From Balamuthia mandrillaris (lineage: Eukaryota): a stretch of DNA of 64,000 nt. Position numbers and translations under genes: made by a program. The stretch is taken from assembly GCA_031835245.2 (NCBI GenBank), contig JAVKOQ020000012.1, forward strand, positions 248,001 to 312,000, read 5' to 3'. This document shows, in pieces, positions 49,962 to 60,792 of the stretch (positions are counted from its first letter, which is position 1; the number at the start of each line of letters is the position of its first letter). The notes beneath the pieces were generated by a model. It was not told the DNA's origin, searched no databases, and saw only the letters and a program-made list of their open reading frames with translations.

Positions 49962-50079
49962 ACAAACAGAGCAACAGTGCTTTGTCCGACGTCACCTTCT
50001 TTCCAGGTGGCCAGCTTGTGCAATATACTATTTTCGTGTTATACAGACCTGTGAGCACTGAGAGCAAGGAACCACACCT

Positions 50080-50110
<31 letters not shown>

Positions 50111-50643
50111 TGCTCACAGCCACGCTACTTTTTTTTCTTTCGTTTGCTTTCTCCCTCTTTTATTGTTTATTATTTGTTATTTTCCAACACATGTGTTTCG
50201 GTTCCTCTGAGAATAATAAGCAAGCCACAAGCAGTGGCCTGCCGTGTTTAAAACAACGTTTCTTTTGCTTGCTGTTTTTTTTTTTTTTTTGCGTTTTGTT
50301 CGCGAGATGGGCGTTCCGTTTGGCCCACCCTCCCCCTGCTCGTCTGTCTTGTTTGCAAGGACACTGGCATGGAAAGAGACGCTTTGAAAAGTGTTATGCC
50401 AAAACTTTTGTAGACGATAGAGAAAAGTAAAAAGGTGCCTTCTTGACGCTTATCTTGTATCAATGCTGCATTCGCGTAAGAAAAGGGCTGACCATTGTTC
50501 GCCTGACTTCAATACAAGATAAAAATAAAAAAGTTGGAACAAATGAAAAGATGAGGCTTGCAGGAGTTCTTTGCTTCTCCTACGGTGAGCTGGCGTGTGT
50601 TTACTGCTCAAATGGGGTCAAGAGAGGCTGCTTCTCCTGTGAG

Positions 50644-51589
50644 CTAGCATGTTTTTTGCTGCTCATAATGGTTCGCTGCATCATCTTCGGGATTCAAGGC
50701 CGGGAGGACATGCTTGCGTCCCTTGTGACGAGAGAAACACATCAACTTGCCCCAACGAACCAACAACACAACCTGTTCATGTGTTATTCAAGTTAATAAA
50801 GCACAGAAGGCAGAAAACAACAAGAACAAAAATGACAAGAAGCTACAAGAAAGTGTACCTGAATCACTCAGGCAACCACAAACAGAGCCACACCAACAGC
50901 TATAAGCAATACCATCTGCTCAACAACCTTTGCGCCATGCTCTTCGGTTGGCATCCCGGTCATCGCTCCAGCACATGCTTGGTAGCCAGCATGTAAATAG
51001 AAGAAAAGACGAGGAGGTTCAATGCGCCAAGCACCGACAGGACGAGGCTTATGATGATAAACGCCAGACCCTTTTGTTGTCGATACAGAAAAGAGAAATG
51101 AAAAGAGCAAAGAGTTTTAGAAACAACTACAGCATGTAACAGTTTTAAAAAAATTAAGAATAAACGAGAAGAAAGGAGAAAGAAAAAGAAAGAAGAACAA
51201 AACGAAATGAAAAGGAAGAAGGAAGGCACCAATGCTTGTTTGACACCAGAGGCAGAGCCCGCGGCGTGGTAGTAGAAGAGCTGAAGCAAGACGCTCAGCA
51301 AACAAAAGACCAAGGCGGAAAGCAAGGGGGCGCGCTCCTCAACCTCTTTAAACATAATGATACCAATGACCACACCAATGATGACCAGGAGGTTGGCTAT
51401 CTAACTCGAAGAGAGAACAATTGGTTAACTTTTTTTTTTTTTGGCAAAATAGAAGGGAACCACAGAGAAAAACAAGCCAATGGGTACCTGAGTGAAGATG
51501 AGAAATCTTTGAAGGGGTCTCACGATAGGGTTACCGTCGCTGCTGCCAGACAACAGTCTCATCATGTGGTTAAGACGAACAGCAGCCAT
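50644..51589 (-). pseudogene. Disrupted or truncated paralog of the adjacent multi-TM membrane protein
   Basis: Same four-exon layout as 51897-52648, but exon 3 (50859-51070) is 212 nt between phase-0 introns, giving TGA at 50960. A further TGA at 50868 interrupts the homologous frame. Confidence 0.65.
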
Positions 51590-51645
51590 ATCGACAAAGA
51601 ATGCGAGGTTGAGAAGAGTAAGAAGGTTTTAGTAGTAATAAGTGT

Positions 51646-51686
51646 TTTTGTTTGAAAAGCCGCGTCGCAGGTAATCCGCAGCTTTG
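51646..51686 (-). promoter_or_regulatory. Conserved upstream stem-loop element, copy A
   Basis: 40 of 41 nt identical to 52739-52779; 9-bp stem with one U-G pair in the sense orientation. Confidence 0.7.
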
Positions 51687-51896
51687 TCTTTGTGATGAAT
51701 GCAATGCACCCAAACCTACGAAAAATTCCTTTTTTTTTTTCTGTTATCGTTGCTCCATTTTTACTTTCAACGTCGTTCAGTCTTTCCTAAGTTCCATTGC
51801 GTAGGGAACAGGCATATTTTGTGTTCGAAAGCGACCTCATTTATTCTTTGGAAAGAATGACATGTACACATACCGGTCTGGAAAGACTCCCCTCTC

Positions 51897-52648
51897 TCAT
51901 TGCAAAGGAGCACATTCCACATCGCGGTATCCGTGTCTTTCTGTGAAACATCTCAGCTTTACCCAAAGAACCAACAACACTACCTATTTGAACCAGAATG
52001 AGAAGAATGTTTTTTTTTTTTTGAAAGCAACAGAGTGGAGTTTGAAGGGAAGCAACGGTACCTGCACAGCCATGGCAACGCCCCAAAGAGGCATGGTCAC
52101 AGACAGCAAGATTTGATAAAAATGGTAGACTTGGTCATGGTATTCGTCATCATCCTCATCCGAAAGGTCGCCTACGGTCATGAAGAACAGGATAAAAAGG
52201 AGATAGAGGATAGCCCCAAACACAGACAGGACCATGGTGGTTATCATCAGACCCAGCGCCTGTTGCGAAGCATAAAACAAAAAACAAACGTGCGGAATGG
52301 TAAGTAAAAACGTGCAAGAGAGGAGAAACAGTGAAGAGGGCATGCACGTACCCAAGTTTGCTGTGGCAGAGAGTTGGAAGAGGCCGCGTAGAAATAGAAG
52401 GCTTGCAACAAGCTGCCGATGAGGCAGACCGCCAGCATGCTCCCGTAGATAGGGAACGCCAGTTTGACCATTGCGGCAAAGACAATCAGCCCACAAACCG
52501 CCAACACGTTGAATACCTGCCACCACATCAAAAAACAATGTTTGTAAGCAACAAAAAACCAAAACAGAAAAGAAAAAGGTTTGTGAGGTACCATGGTGAG
52601 AATGAGCACTCGCTTGACGATTTTCTCAAAAGGGTTGTTGCTAGACAT
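51897..52648 (-). CDS. Uncharacterised multi-TM (about 4) membrane protein
   Basis: MSSNNPFEKIVKRVLILTM|VFNVLAV...|ALGLMITT...acidic loop DEDDDE...AVQ|VVLLVLWVKLRCF...PLQ*; three phase-0 introns. Confidence 0.8.
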
Positions 52649-52738
52649 TGTTACGGACAATAACAAAGAGACAAAAAATAAGGAAAGGGAACGAAGGAAA
52701 GGTCTCAGTAAGCTTATTTTTCTTGTTGGAAGGAAAGG

Positions 52739-52779
52739 TTTTGTTTGAAAAGCTGCGTCGCAGGTAATCCGCAGCTTTG
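52739..52779 (-). promoter_or_regulatory. Conserved upstream stem-loop element, copy B
   Basis: Perfect inverted repeat AAAGCTGCG (52749-52757) / CGCAGCTTT (52770-52778), about 100 nt upstream of the ATG. Confidence 0.7.
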
Positions 52780-53074
52780 AGCAGGTGAGCTTGTAAGGCA
52801 GAGAGAAGTGTGTGTTTGGCTGTGCACCAAAAAAAAAAAAAAAATAGAGAGAGAGAGAGAGAGAAACTTATAAAGCAGCATTTGCGTTGCTTCGACTTTT
52901 CCAACTGCCTATTGGCTAATTCAATCTACGGCCACCAATCAAAAATCAAAATGGATAATATTTCATTTGATTTTTGATTAGAGTATGGAAGATCCCAGGT
53001 TCCATCAATTTTTTATGTCGACATTAGATTTTTTTGTCTTTCGTGCGTCGCCAAAAAAAAATTTGGCAAGCAAG

Positions 53075-54021
53075 ATGGAGCAAGGGAGCAGCAGCGGAGA
53101 CACTTGGCCCAAGCCCGCCAGCTGCGAAACCTCCACCAATGCCTTTGGGCGGTTCAAAGGGAAGACCGTGCTGATCACCGGTGGGGCTGGCAACTTTGGC
53201 AGAGCGTGTGGCCTTCGATTCGCTCGTGAGGGGGCCAACGTGGTCCTCCTCGACTTGGTGGAGAAGCCCTTGCAGGAGGCTCTTGCCGACGTCAAAGCGG
53301 TCATAAAGGAAGGAGAGGGAGAGGGATCGCAAGACGCGTTGGCCATAACTTGCGACGTGACGGACGCACAGGGAGTGAAGGAGGCGGTGCAGCGCGCTGT
53401 GGAGCGTTTTGGCGCCATCGATATGTGTTTTAACAACGCAGGCTACCAAGGCCTCTTTGTGAAAACGCAGCAGTACCCCGAGGAGGACTTTCAAAAGGTG
53501 ATCAACATAAACGTGACCGGTGTGTTCAACGTCCTCAAAGCTGTCTCCGTGCACATGACCGACACAGGTACTAGCCCTTCTCCACTTTTAAACTCGTCGC
53601 TCTCTTGCTCACCCCAAACAAACCAAAAGGAAAAGGAGGCAGTATAGTCAACACAGCGAGCATGGCGGGGGTTACAGGGCCACCCAACATGCTTGCCTAC
53701 TCCACCTCCAAAGCGGCCGTGCTAGGCATGACCAAGACTGCAGCCAGAGATCTGGCCCCCTCCAACATCAGGGTGAACGCCATCAGCCCTGCCTTCATCG
53801 GGCCTGGCTTCATGTGGACCCGCCAATGCGAGCTTCAGGCCAAGGCCGCCAGTCAGTACTATGATGCTGACCCCCAGGTGGTGGCCAGGCAGATGGTGGA
53901 GTCCGTCCCTATGAGGAGATGCGGCAGCGTTGAGGAGGTCATCGGCACTGTGGCCTTCCTGCTCAGCGATGATGCAAGTTATCTCACCGGCATCAACGTG
54001 GAAATCACTGGTGGCATCTGA
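53075..54021 (+). CDS. Short-chain dehydrogenase/reductase, xylitol/polyol dehydrogenase-like
   Basis: TGGAGNFG, FNNAGYQG, NTASMAG.GPPNM, YSTSK, ISPAFIGPGFMWTRQCELQA; one intron. Confidence 0.92.
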
Positions 54022-54078
54022 GAGCAATGAAGAAAGATACAAAATAATAACAGAGAAAACTTTGAATGAATATCAGAG

Positions 54079-54115
<37 letters not shown>

Positions 54116-54132
54116 CATTTAAGTATGTCTTG

Positions 54133-54972
54133 TTAGGAAGAGGAAGACGAAGCGGCAGAAGAAATAGGCTTCGTGTAGACGGAACAAATGTCGTTGCCCA
54201 ATTGTTGTACGCTCTCCAGCCGCCAGAAGGCAGCTTCCTGGATGGTCTTGGCCACATCCTCACAGGCCCACGGTTTTGCTTCAACTCCAAGTATACACGC
54301 TCCTCTATACACGACAAGTTCGTTGATGAGATCTTCCTTCAACATTTGGCTTTGAAGGATGGCGCCGCCTTCTACCAACACTTGGAGTATGCCTCGTTTA
54401 CCCAGTTCTCGCAACACGAATGCCAAGGAGATACCTGGTTGGCGTTGTTGTTTTTGTTGTTGCTCTTCTCCTTCTTTCTGAATTTCCTCGAGGGGAGCAA
54501 CCAGGACCTCAACGTCCTTACAATTTTCACGCCAGTGGGCTAAGCTGCTCTCCGGGGCCAACTCCGATGTTATGAGTAACGTAGGACCCACCTCTCCATC
54601 CAGCAGAGGACCCGATAGTACCACTCCTCTTGTGTCTAATACTACCCTCAAAGGGCTCACCTTTTTATCCACACTAAATGAGAATATTGCCGAAAAAGAA
54701 GGGAAAAAACGGAGCAACATACGCTGGCAGTAGAATCAGGAAGGTTGCGAACATTCAAACGAGGACGGTCAATAATGGCAGTACGCGAGCCCACAAGTAT
54801 AGCTTGGGAACATGCGCGAAGATGATGAGCATGGGTCCGTGCTTCGGGACCAGTTATCCACTGGGATGTGCCATCCTTGCACGCTATCTTTCCATCGATG
54901 CTCATCGCCACTTTCGTTACCACATACGGCATTCCTCCTTTGCAGAACGAAAATGTCAGCGATAGTCAAGAG

Positions 54973-55008
<36 letters not shown>

Positions 55009-56417
55009 AGAGCAGATAGAAACCTGTTGAGCGGTGATGGAGATAAGATCTAAATGAGGCTCTCGCTTCCTTGGCAGCAACCCCAACCGTCACCTCAATA
55101 CCAGCCTCCTTCAGTAATTGAATACCTTGACCCGAGACACGTGTATCGGGATCCTCAAGTGCAACCACAACGCGGCCTACGCTATGTTTCACCAATAACT
55201 TGTCGCAGGGCGGTGTTCTTCCTGTGTGATGGCAGGGCTCAAGCGTAACATAAACGGTGGAGCCTTTCAGCTTGCTCTCGTTTCCTCTGGAAATGGCATC
55301 TTCGATAGCTTTAACTTCAGCATGGGGTTGGCCTGCCCGTTCGTGGTAGCCTCTCCCTATGATCTCCTTACCAGTAGGATCGAGGATGACACAGGCTACC
55401 CATGGATTGGGAGGTGCTGTGTACCTGCCTTTCTCTCCAAGCGCAATTGCTTGTTTCATGTAGAACTTGTCCATGCTCCACTCTTCTTCAGCCTGGTCCC
55501 CTTGTTTTGTTTCATCGTATTTCTCTTTTCTGTATGTTGCTGGTTTTTCTTTGACGTCACTTGCTGCCTCGTTCATGGCTGCTCTATCGAACTCCACGTT
55601 TATCAAGTCCCCTGGTTAAACGAGCCGTTGGGTAAGCCTGTCTCCATATTTAGGAAGGGAGGGAGGGAGGGAGAGACGCAGAGAAGACCAACCTTCTTTA
55701 CGCAGGTGCAGTGTTGTGTGAGCCAAAGTGTAGCGTATGAGGGACACCCGCATCAACAAAGTATCACCATTGCCAGTGTCGTTTACTTTTTCACCGCTCT
55801 TTCCTAGTATCGTTCTATCTTTGATGTTGCGCGTCAACACAGCCAGCCGCAAAGAAAGAAAGAAGCAAGAGAGAGAGGGAGAGAGAGAGAGAGAGAGAGA
55901 GAGAACCTTTAGACAGCTCAGCAACCGTAAGGCTGACCCCATCCAGACAAATGGAACCCTTGTGCACCACCAACGCCTTCATGTGCGCAGGAAAGGCCGA
56001 AAGGTCCAACCAAACGTCCCTCGAGGCGTCCTCCTTCTCTCTCACCCCAACGATAGGCGCCATCCCTTCCACGTGTCCCGCTACGTTGTGTCCTCCCACT
56101 GAATCCCCAAAACGTAGCGAGTGTTCCAGATTAACGCTGAACACAGCACAAGCTTCTTCCTGCGAAGAAGCTGACGATGAGGAGGGAGAAGGTCCTGAAA
56201 GGTTGGTCAAGCGACGGGTCTCTTCCATCACGAAAAAAGTGGCCGCCTCCTCATCGAGCAGCAGCTCTTCGATGGTCAAGCACACGCCGTTCACCGCCAC
56301 CGAGTCCCCGTGCTGGCTCTTGCTCCAAAAGCCCGCCGGCGCTCGCACATGGAGCGTGAAGCCATCCCCCCGCCACCCGGCCTGCCCGACCGCCTGCACG
56401 ATCCCCGTGTACACCAT
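54133..56417 (-). CDS. Fused riboflavin synthase plus RibD deaminase/reductase (trifunctional)
   Basis: MVYTGIVQ, GDSVAVNGVCLT, NLE..L..GD.VGGH.VAGHV, KGSICLDGVSLTV, GDLINVEFD, then in frame PNPWV, HAE, TLEPCHHTGRTPPC, AMSIDGKIA, SQWITG, VEGG. Confidence 0.93.
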
Positions 56418-56721
56418 CTGCCTTGGTCTCTCCGACTTGTTTTTTGCTCGCTCCGTTTGTTCGTTTTGGTGTGGGAAGGGGAACAGGGCTTGACGCAGTC
56501 AGGCGTGTTGGGGTGGGGGTTGCGTCACGCACGTCTTCGGCGCCTTTGAAAATTCTCCGACGCGGGAAGTGTTGAGCACACATACAAATGCCCTCCCGAT
56601 GCGGGAAGAAGAACACGCACGGGAAGCGAGGTAGACCTTTCCCGTTCGACAAAATGGCCCGAGCTAAGTTGGGGGGGGGGGGGGGGGGGTGGGGTGGGCG
56701 TTCGCGGAGGGGAAAGAGTGA

Positions 56722-56762
56722 TGCGTCATGACAAATGAGTCACAAATGAGTCACAAATGAGT
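56722..56762. promoter_or_regulatory. Tandem 11-mer (ACAAATGAGTC, about 3 copies) with AP-1/Gcn4-type TGAGTCA sites
   Basis: TGAGTCA at 56736-56742 and 56747-56753, TGCGTCA at 56722-56728, about 320 bp upstream of the riboflavin gene ATG. Confidence 0.5.
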
Positions 56763-56943
56763 TGGCATACATGAGGGGAGAAGAGAAACCCTTGGTTTTT
56801 CTTTTTTCTATTTAGATTTTCATATGTCTTCTTCTTCTTCTTTAACCCTTCCCAAATAAAACAGGAACAAAGATGTACAAATGGTGGAGGTTTGTTTCCC
56901 ACCACCGCCCAAAATGAATCGGAGAGAGAAAAAGAAAAAGGCG

Positions 56944-59900
56944 TTAACTAGCTGGACCACGGCCGGGAGGAGGATAGGTGCCGGCAGATGGGTTGTAGTG
57001 GTGGTGTTGTGGAGGAGGAGCATAGCCATGATGACGACGATGACCGTGCAGAGGATATTGTAATTGCGAAGGATGCATAGCCGAGAGAAAAGGACCATCT
57101 GCTCCTCCTCTTGCTCCATCTCCATCACCCCCACTCTCCATGACATGATGATGAGGCGGAGGGCCGCGTTGTTGTTGCTGTTGTTGTTGAAGTTGAAGGC
57201 CGTGCCGTTCATGGTGCAGCTCTTGTTCCAATTGGTATCTCTGGTGTTGCAAACGGCGATATTCCTCCTGCTCATTCAAAGGAGGATAAGGAGCAGAAGA
57301 AGCAAGGGAGGCAGAAGGAGAATGGCGGGCGGATATCATGGACTCTCGTTCTCGCAAGGGTAAAGCGTGACGTTCGGCAGTAGAAGAGGAAGAAGGAAGA
57401 TGACGATAAGGTGGTGCAACCTTATCTGAATCTAAAGCAGCTGGAGCAGGCGGAGGGCGAGCGTAGTCGTAACTGCCGCTTGGAATCATTGAAGAACCAG
57501 AGCGATGTGGATAGGACTGGTGAGGAAGTTGAGAGGAAGCCGCAGAAGGAGAAGAGGAGAGAAATGGATAACCTGTTGCGCTCCGATGATGATGGTATGC
57601 AGAAGGGGCAGGAAGATGTTGTGGAGGAGCATGGTGCGGAGGGTGCCGGGATGGATGAGGGGAAGGAGAGAGCGGCGAGATGTAAGCATTTTGGTTGAGC
57701 GAATGACTTTCATGTATAGGATTGAAGTAAGAATTATCTTGCAAATGAAACCGCGAGGGTTGTCCCATCATGTGGTCTACCATATGATGATCCTGATAGT
57801 TGTGTTGAGAAGGAGCAGAAGATGTGGAGGAGGGGTGCATTCGGTTGTGACGGTCTGGTGGATAGCTTTCCGTTTGGGTAGGAGCATAATGCGTTGACGG
57901 CGATGAGGCTGGAAGATTTGTTCGCCGTCCATCAAGTGCTCCGCCCGAGGAAGGGGCAGGTGGATGAGACGGGGCGTAGCGAAGGCGGTGGTCTTGGTAT
58001 TGTTGTTGCTGCTGTGGAGGAGAAGGAGATGAGGAAGCAGCAGTGGGGCTGCCAGAAGATTGTTGCGATTTTGGAGCAGCAGAGCCAGGATAGGCTTGAG
58101 AGTGATGAGGCACGGGAGGTGGGGATGGCGAATGTTGGTGTTGTTGCGTTTGGTCCTCAGCGAGCTGACGAGAATAGGAGTGGTTGGTGCTGTCGTATGG
58201 TTGTGGATTCTGTCGTAGGTGAGAAGGAGCACCATAAGCTCCTGATCCCTGCGTTGACGGAGGAGAAGGTCCTACTGTTGCTGCCGCTGCAGCCGGTGGA
58301 ATCGGTATTGAAGCAGTGGATGCTGGAGAAATTCCCATGCCCCGACGGCCACTGCCAGGTGCAAGAGAAGAAGAGCCATCGTCGCCGCCAACATCCGTAA
58401 ACACCCCATCTCTCCCTGCCATAGTGCCATAATTGCCATCATCACTACTAATAATCTCGTAAGGTTTAGAGAGCTTGTCTTGCAGAGCTTCTTGCAGCTT
58501 TTGGGCCATGAACCGTACAAAAGGATAGGTAGAGGCCATTTCCTGCATGCGAGCAATGTGGTCTCGGACCTGCTCCACCTTGTTCTCTTGCAACTGAATG
58601 GTAGCCATCATGGCAACCCCTCCCAACACGCCGATAGGGCAATAGATAAACTCCTCATGCTTGGCCAGTTCGCTCACTTTGTTGGTGCACTCAACGGCCA
58701 TTTCGCGAAGTCCTAGGTTGCAGTAGCATTGAGCGCGAATGACTTCCAAAAAGATGAGAAAGCCTAGTTTGGAGTAGGAGGTATCCTTGTCATTTTGTAT
58801 TCTGCGCTTTAACTTGTCAAGAACTTGCAGCATAGCCGTGTAGTCCGCACTATAGTCGGTGGGCAGCTTTACAAGCTCCAATTCGAGTTGCACCGAGATG
58901 ATAGCTAGTGTTATCGTGAAGTAGGAGAGCGATTTGTTGAATTGTAATGGAGCGGAGGGAGCGGAAGAGTCAGAAGAAGTGCTAGTAATGGTAATGCCAC
59001 TGCTGCTGGAAGAAGTGTCTGTTGCACCGCCAGCCGGTTTGTCCGTTTCTGAAGAAACGCCATCATTGGAGACGGCAGATTGCGAAGTAGGAGAAAGAGG
59101 CACTGTGTCTCCGTTCTCGGCGGAGGAAGGAAATGGCGGTTGCCGATTGGAAGAGGAGGAGGAAGAAGAAGAGGATGAGCTGGAAGTAGGTGATGACGAC
59201 GCTGGTTGATCGCCTAACATGGAGGCTGACTGAGCCTCCAGAAGGGGTGTTAACCGCATCTTCAGCTCTGAAAATACTTCCATTTTCTCCTCCGTATGAG
59301 GAGAAGCGAAACCAATAGTCATAAGAATGAGCATGTAATATTCCGAAGTTCTTGACTTGAGGTGCTGGCACATCTTTCGGGCCAACTGCAGGTAGTACAT
59401 AGTCTTGTCGGCTTCCGCCTCTCCCGACATGTAGTAGGAAAGTATCATGAGGCCCTGCGCTACCAAAGCGTCCGTTTGATCAAATACAGCCCCTAACGCC
59501 GAGCGAGCTCTCAAGCTGAACTCCTTGCCAGCGGTCACGTTGCGAGTGACGCGAGCTCCGTTGGCTAGTACGGCAAACATCTGAAAGGCCAGCGGGGTCC
59601 GGTGCTCTGCTTGGCTGGACAATACTCGCTGCAGATTGCCCGGCTCGAAGACCAGTGGATGAGCGCTGATGTGGCGTGTGATATAGCGATTGTAGGCTTC
59701 CAAAAAGGTGCTTGCCTCGGATGTAATTGCCAGGTGGGAGGCGTCTTCCCAACCTTGGCTCATGTAAGCAGGAGAGAGAGGGCTGGAGCCAGGAGGCCAA
59801 CCTGGGCCGAGGGGACCGGATCTGCTACTCCCGCCTGCTCCTCTGCTACCGACCAATCCAAGCTCCCCTTTTGCTCCTGCGTCGTTGGTGACCTCTTCCT

Positions 59901-60792
59901 CGTCATCTTCCTCAGCCGGTATCGTAGGGTTGGCGTCTGCGCCGCTTGTTCGGTTGAAGTACTTGTCCTTCCAGTTCTTCTTGATCTTTTTCTCGGACTC
60001 GATCTGTTTGGTCAGCTGCGCGATTAGGTCTTGCAGCTGTCGCTCCGAGACGGGGCCTCTGCGCGTGGGCGGCGCCGAGTAGCTGCACACAAACCCCTTC
60101 TTGACGCATTGGCTGCACCGTTCCTTGCCATCGCAGCGGCTGTGCCGCGCACGGCAGTTATCGCAGGCCTTGTTTATGTACTTTCGTCTCTTCTTCGGGC
60201 GGCCGCTGCTGTCCCCTCCGCTGTCCGGTTCGCCGTTGCCCCCTTTGCCTTTCTCTCTTGTTTCCCTTCCGTCTCCGCCGTCTTCTTCTTCCTCCTCTCC
60301 TCTACCATTGGTGGAGGAGGAGACCGCCTTTGAAGAAGTGTAAAGACCCTCGCCTCCACCCCCATCATTGTGTGTTGGGTAGCCATCTCCTCCACCCTCT
60401 CGTCCCTCCTCTCCTTCCTCCATCTCTTCCTCCAAACGAGTGCGGTAGTGCTGTTGTTGCGGTTGGTGTTGGGGATAGTAGTTGTGAGATTGTTGTTGAT
60501 TTTGTTGATAAAATCCTATATCTCCGTTTTGGTAGGGTTGTTGCTGATTTTTCATCATCTTGTAGTGGTTGTGTTGTTGCTGCGCAGAAAAACTTGAACC
60601 ATCGCCAAAGGCAGAGGCAGAAGAAGATGAAGCAGATGAAAGAGGGTAGCTTGAGGCGGCGGAGCGACGGTGTGGGGGTTGGGCCTCCGGATAAGCTTCC
60701 AGAGGCGAGGAATGAAGGTTTTCTGGATCTAAACCTACAGTAGTAGGAGCAGTAGTAGTAGTTGTTGTAGTAGTAGTGCCGCTAGCTTGCAT
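56944..60792 (-). CDS. Zn(II)2Cys6 binuclear cluster transcription factor
   Basis: KACDNCRARHSRCDGKERCSQCVKKGFVCSY...RRGP, basic NLS-like PKKRRK, coiled coil, helical middle region, Q/H/P/S-rich tails; uninterrupted ORF. Confidence 0.93.
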   Translation of the reverse strand: MQASGTTTTTTTTTAPTTVGLDPENLHSSPLEAYPEAQPPHRRSAASSYPLSSASSSSASAFGDGSSFSAQQQHNHYKMMKNQQQPYQNGDIGFYQQNQQQSHNYYPQHQPQQQHYRTRLEEEMEEGEEGREGGGDGYPTHNDGGGGEGLYTSSKAVSSSTNGRGEEEEEDGGDGRETREKGKGGNGEPDSGGDSSGRPKKRRKYINKACDNCRARHSRCDGKERCSQCVKKGFVCSYSAPPTRRGPVSERQLQDLIAQLTKQIESEKKIKKNWKDKYFNRTSGADANPTIPAEEDDEEEVTNDAGAKGELGLVGSRGAGGSSRSGPLGPGWPPGSSPLSPAYMSQGWEDASHLAITSEASTFLEAYNRYITRHISAHPLVFEPGNLQRVLSSQAEHRTPLAFQMFAVLANGARVTRNVTAGKEFSLRARSALGAVFDQTDALVAQGLMILSYYMSGEAEADKTMYYLQLARKMCQHLKSRTSEYYMLILMTIGFASPHTEEKMEVFSELKMRLTPLLEAQSASMLGDQPASSSPTSSSSSSSSSSSSNRQPPFPSSAENGDTVPLSPTSQSAVSNDGVSSETDKPAGGATDTSSSSSGITITSTSSDSSAPSAPLQFNKSLSYFTITLAIISVQLELELVKLPTDYSADYTAMLQVLDKLKRRIQNDKDTSYSKLGFLIFLEVIRAQCYCNLGLREMAVECTNKVSELAKHEEFIYCPIGVLGGVAMMATIQLQENKVEQVRDHIARMQEMASTYPFVRFMAQKLQEALQDKLSKPYEIISSDDGNYGTMAGRDGVFTDVGGDDGSSSLAPGSGRRGMGISPASTASIPIPPAAAAATVGPSPPSTQGSGAYGAPSHLRQNPQPYDSTNHSYSRQLAEDQTQQHQHSPSPPPVPHHSQAYPGSAAPKSQQSSGSPTAASSSPSPPQQQQQYQDHRLRYAPSHPPAPSSGGALDGRRTNLPASSPSTHYAPTQTESYPPDRHNRMHPSSTSSAPSQHNYQDHHMVDHMMGQPSRFHLQDNSYFNPIHESHSLNQNAYISPLSPSPHPSRHPPHHAPPQHLPAPSAYHHHRSATGYPFLSSSPSAASSQLPHQSYPHRSGSSMIPSGSYDYARPPPAPAALDSDKVAPPYRHLPSSSSTAERHALPLRERESMISARHSPSASLASSAPYPPLNEQEEYRRLQHQRYQLEQELHHERHGLQLQQQQQQQRGPPPHHHVMESGGDGDGARGGADGPFLSAMHPSQLQYPLHGHRRHHGYAPPPQHHHYNPSAGTYPPPGRGPAS

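Noticed and set aside
50868..50870. TGA recoding (Sec/Trp) in the membrane paralog
   Set aside because: An upstream frameshift also breaks the frame, and other genes in the window use TGA as a normal stop.
56545..56567. FMN-riboswitch-like TGAAAATTCTCCGAC near the riboflavin gene
   Set aside because: Antisense to the gene and the remaining aptamer motifs are missing.
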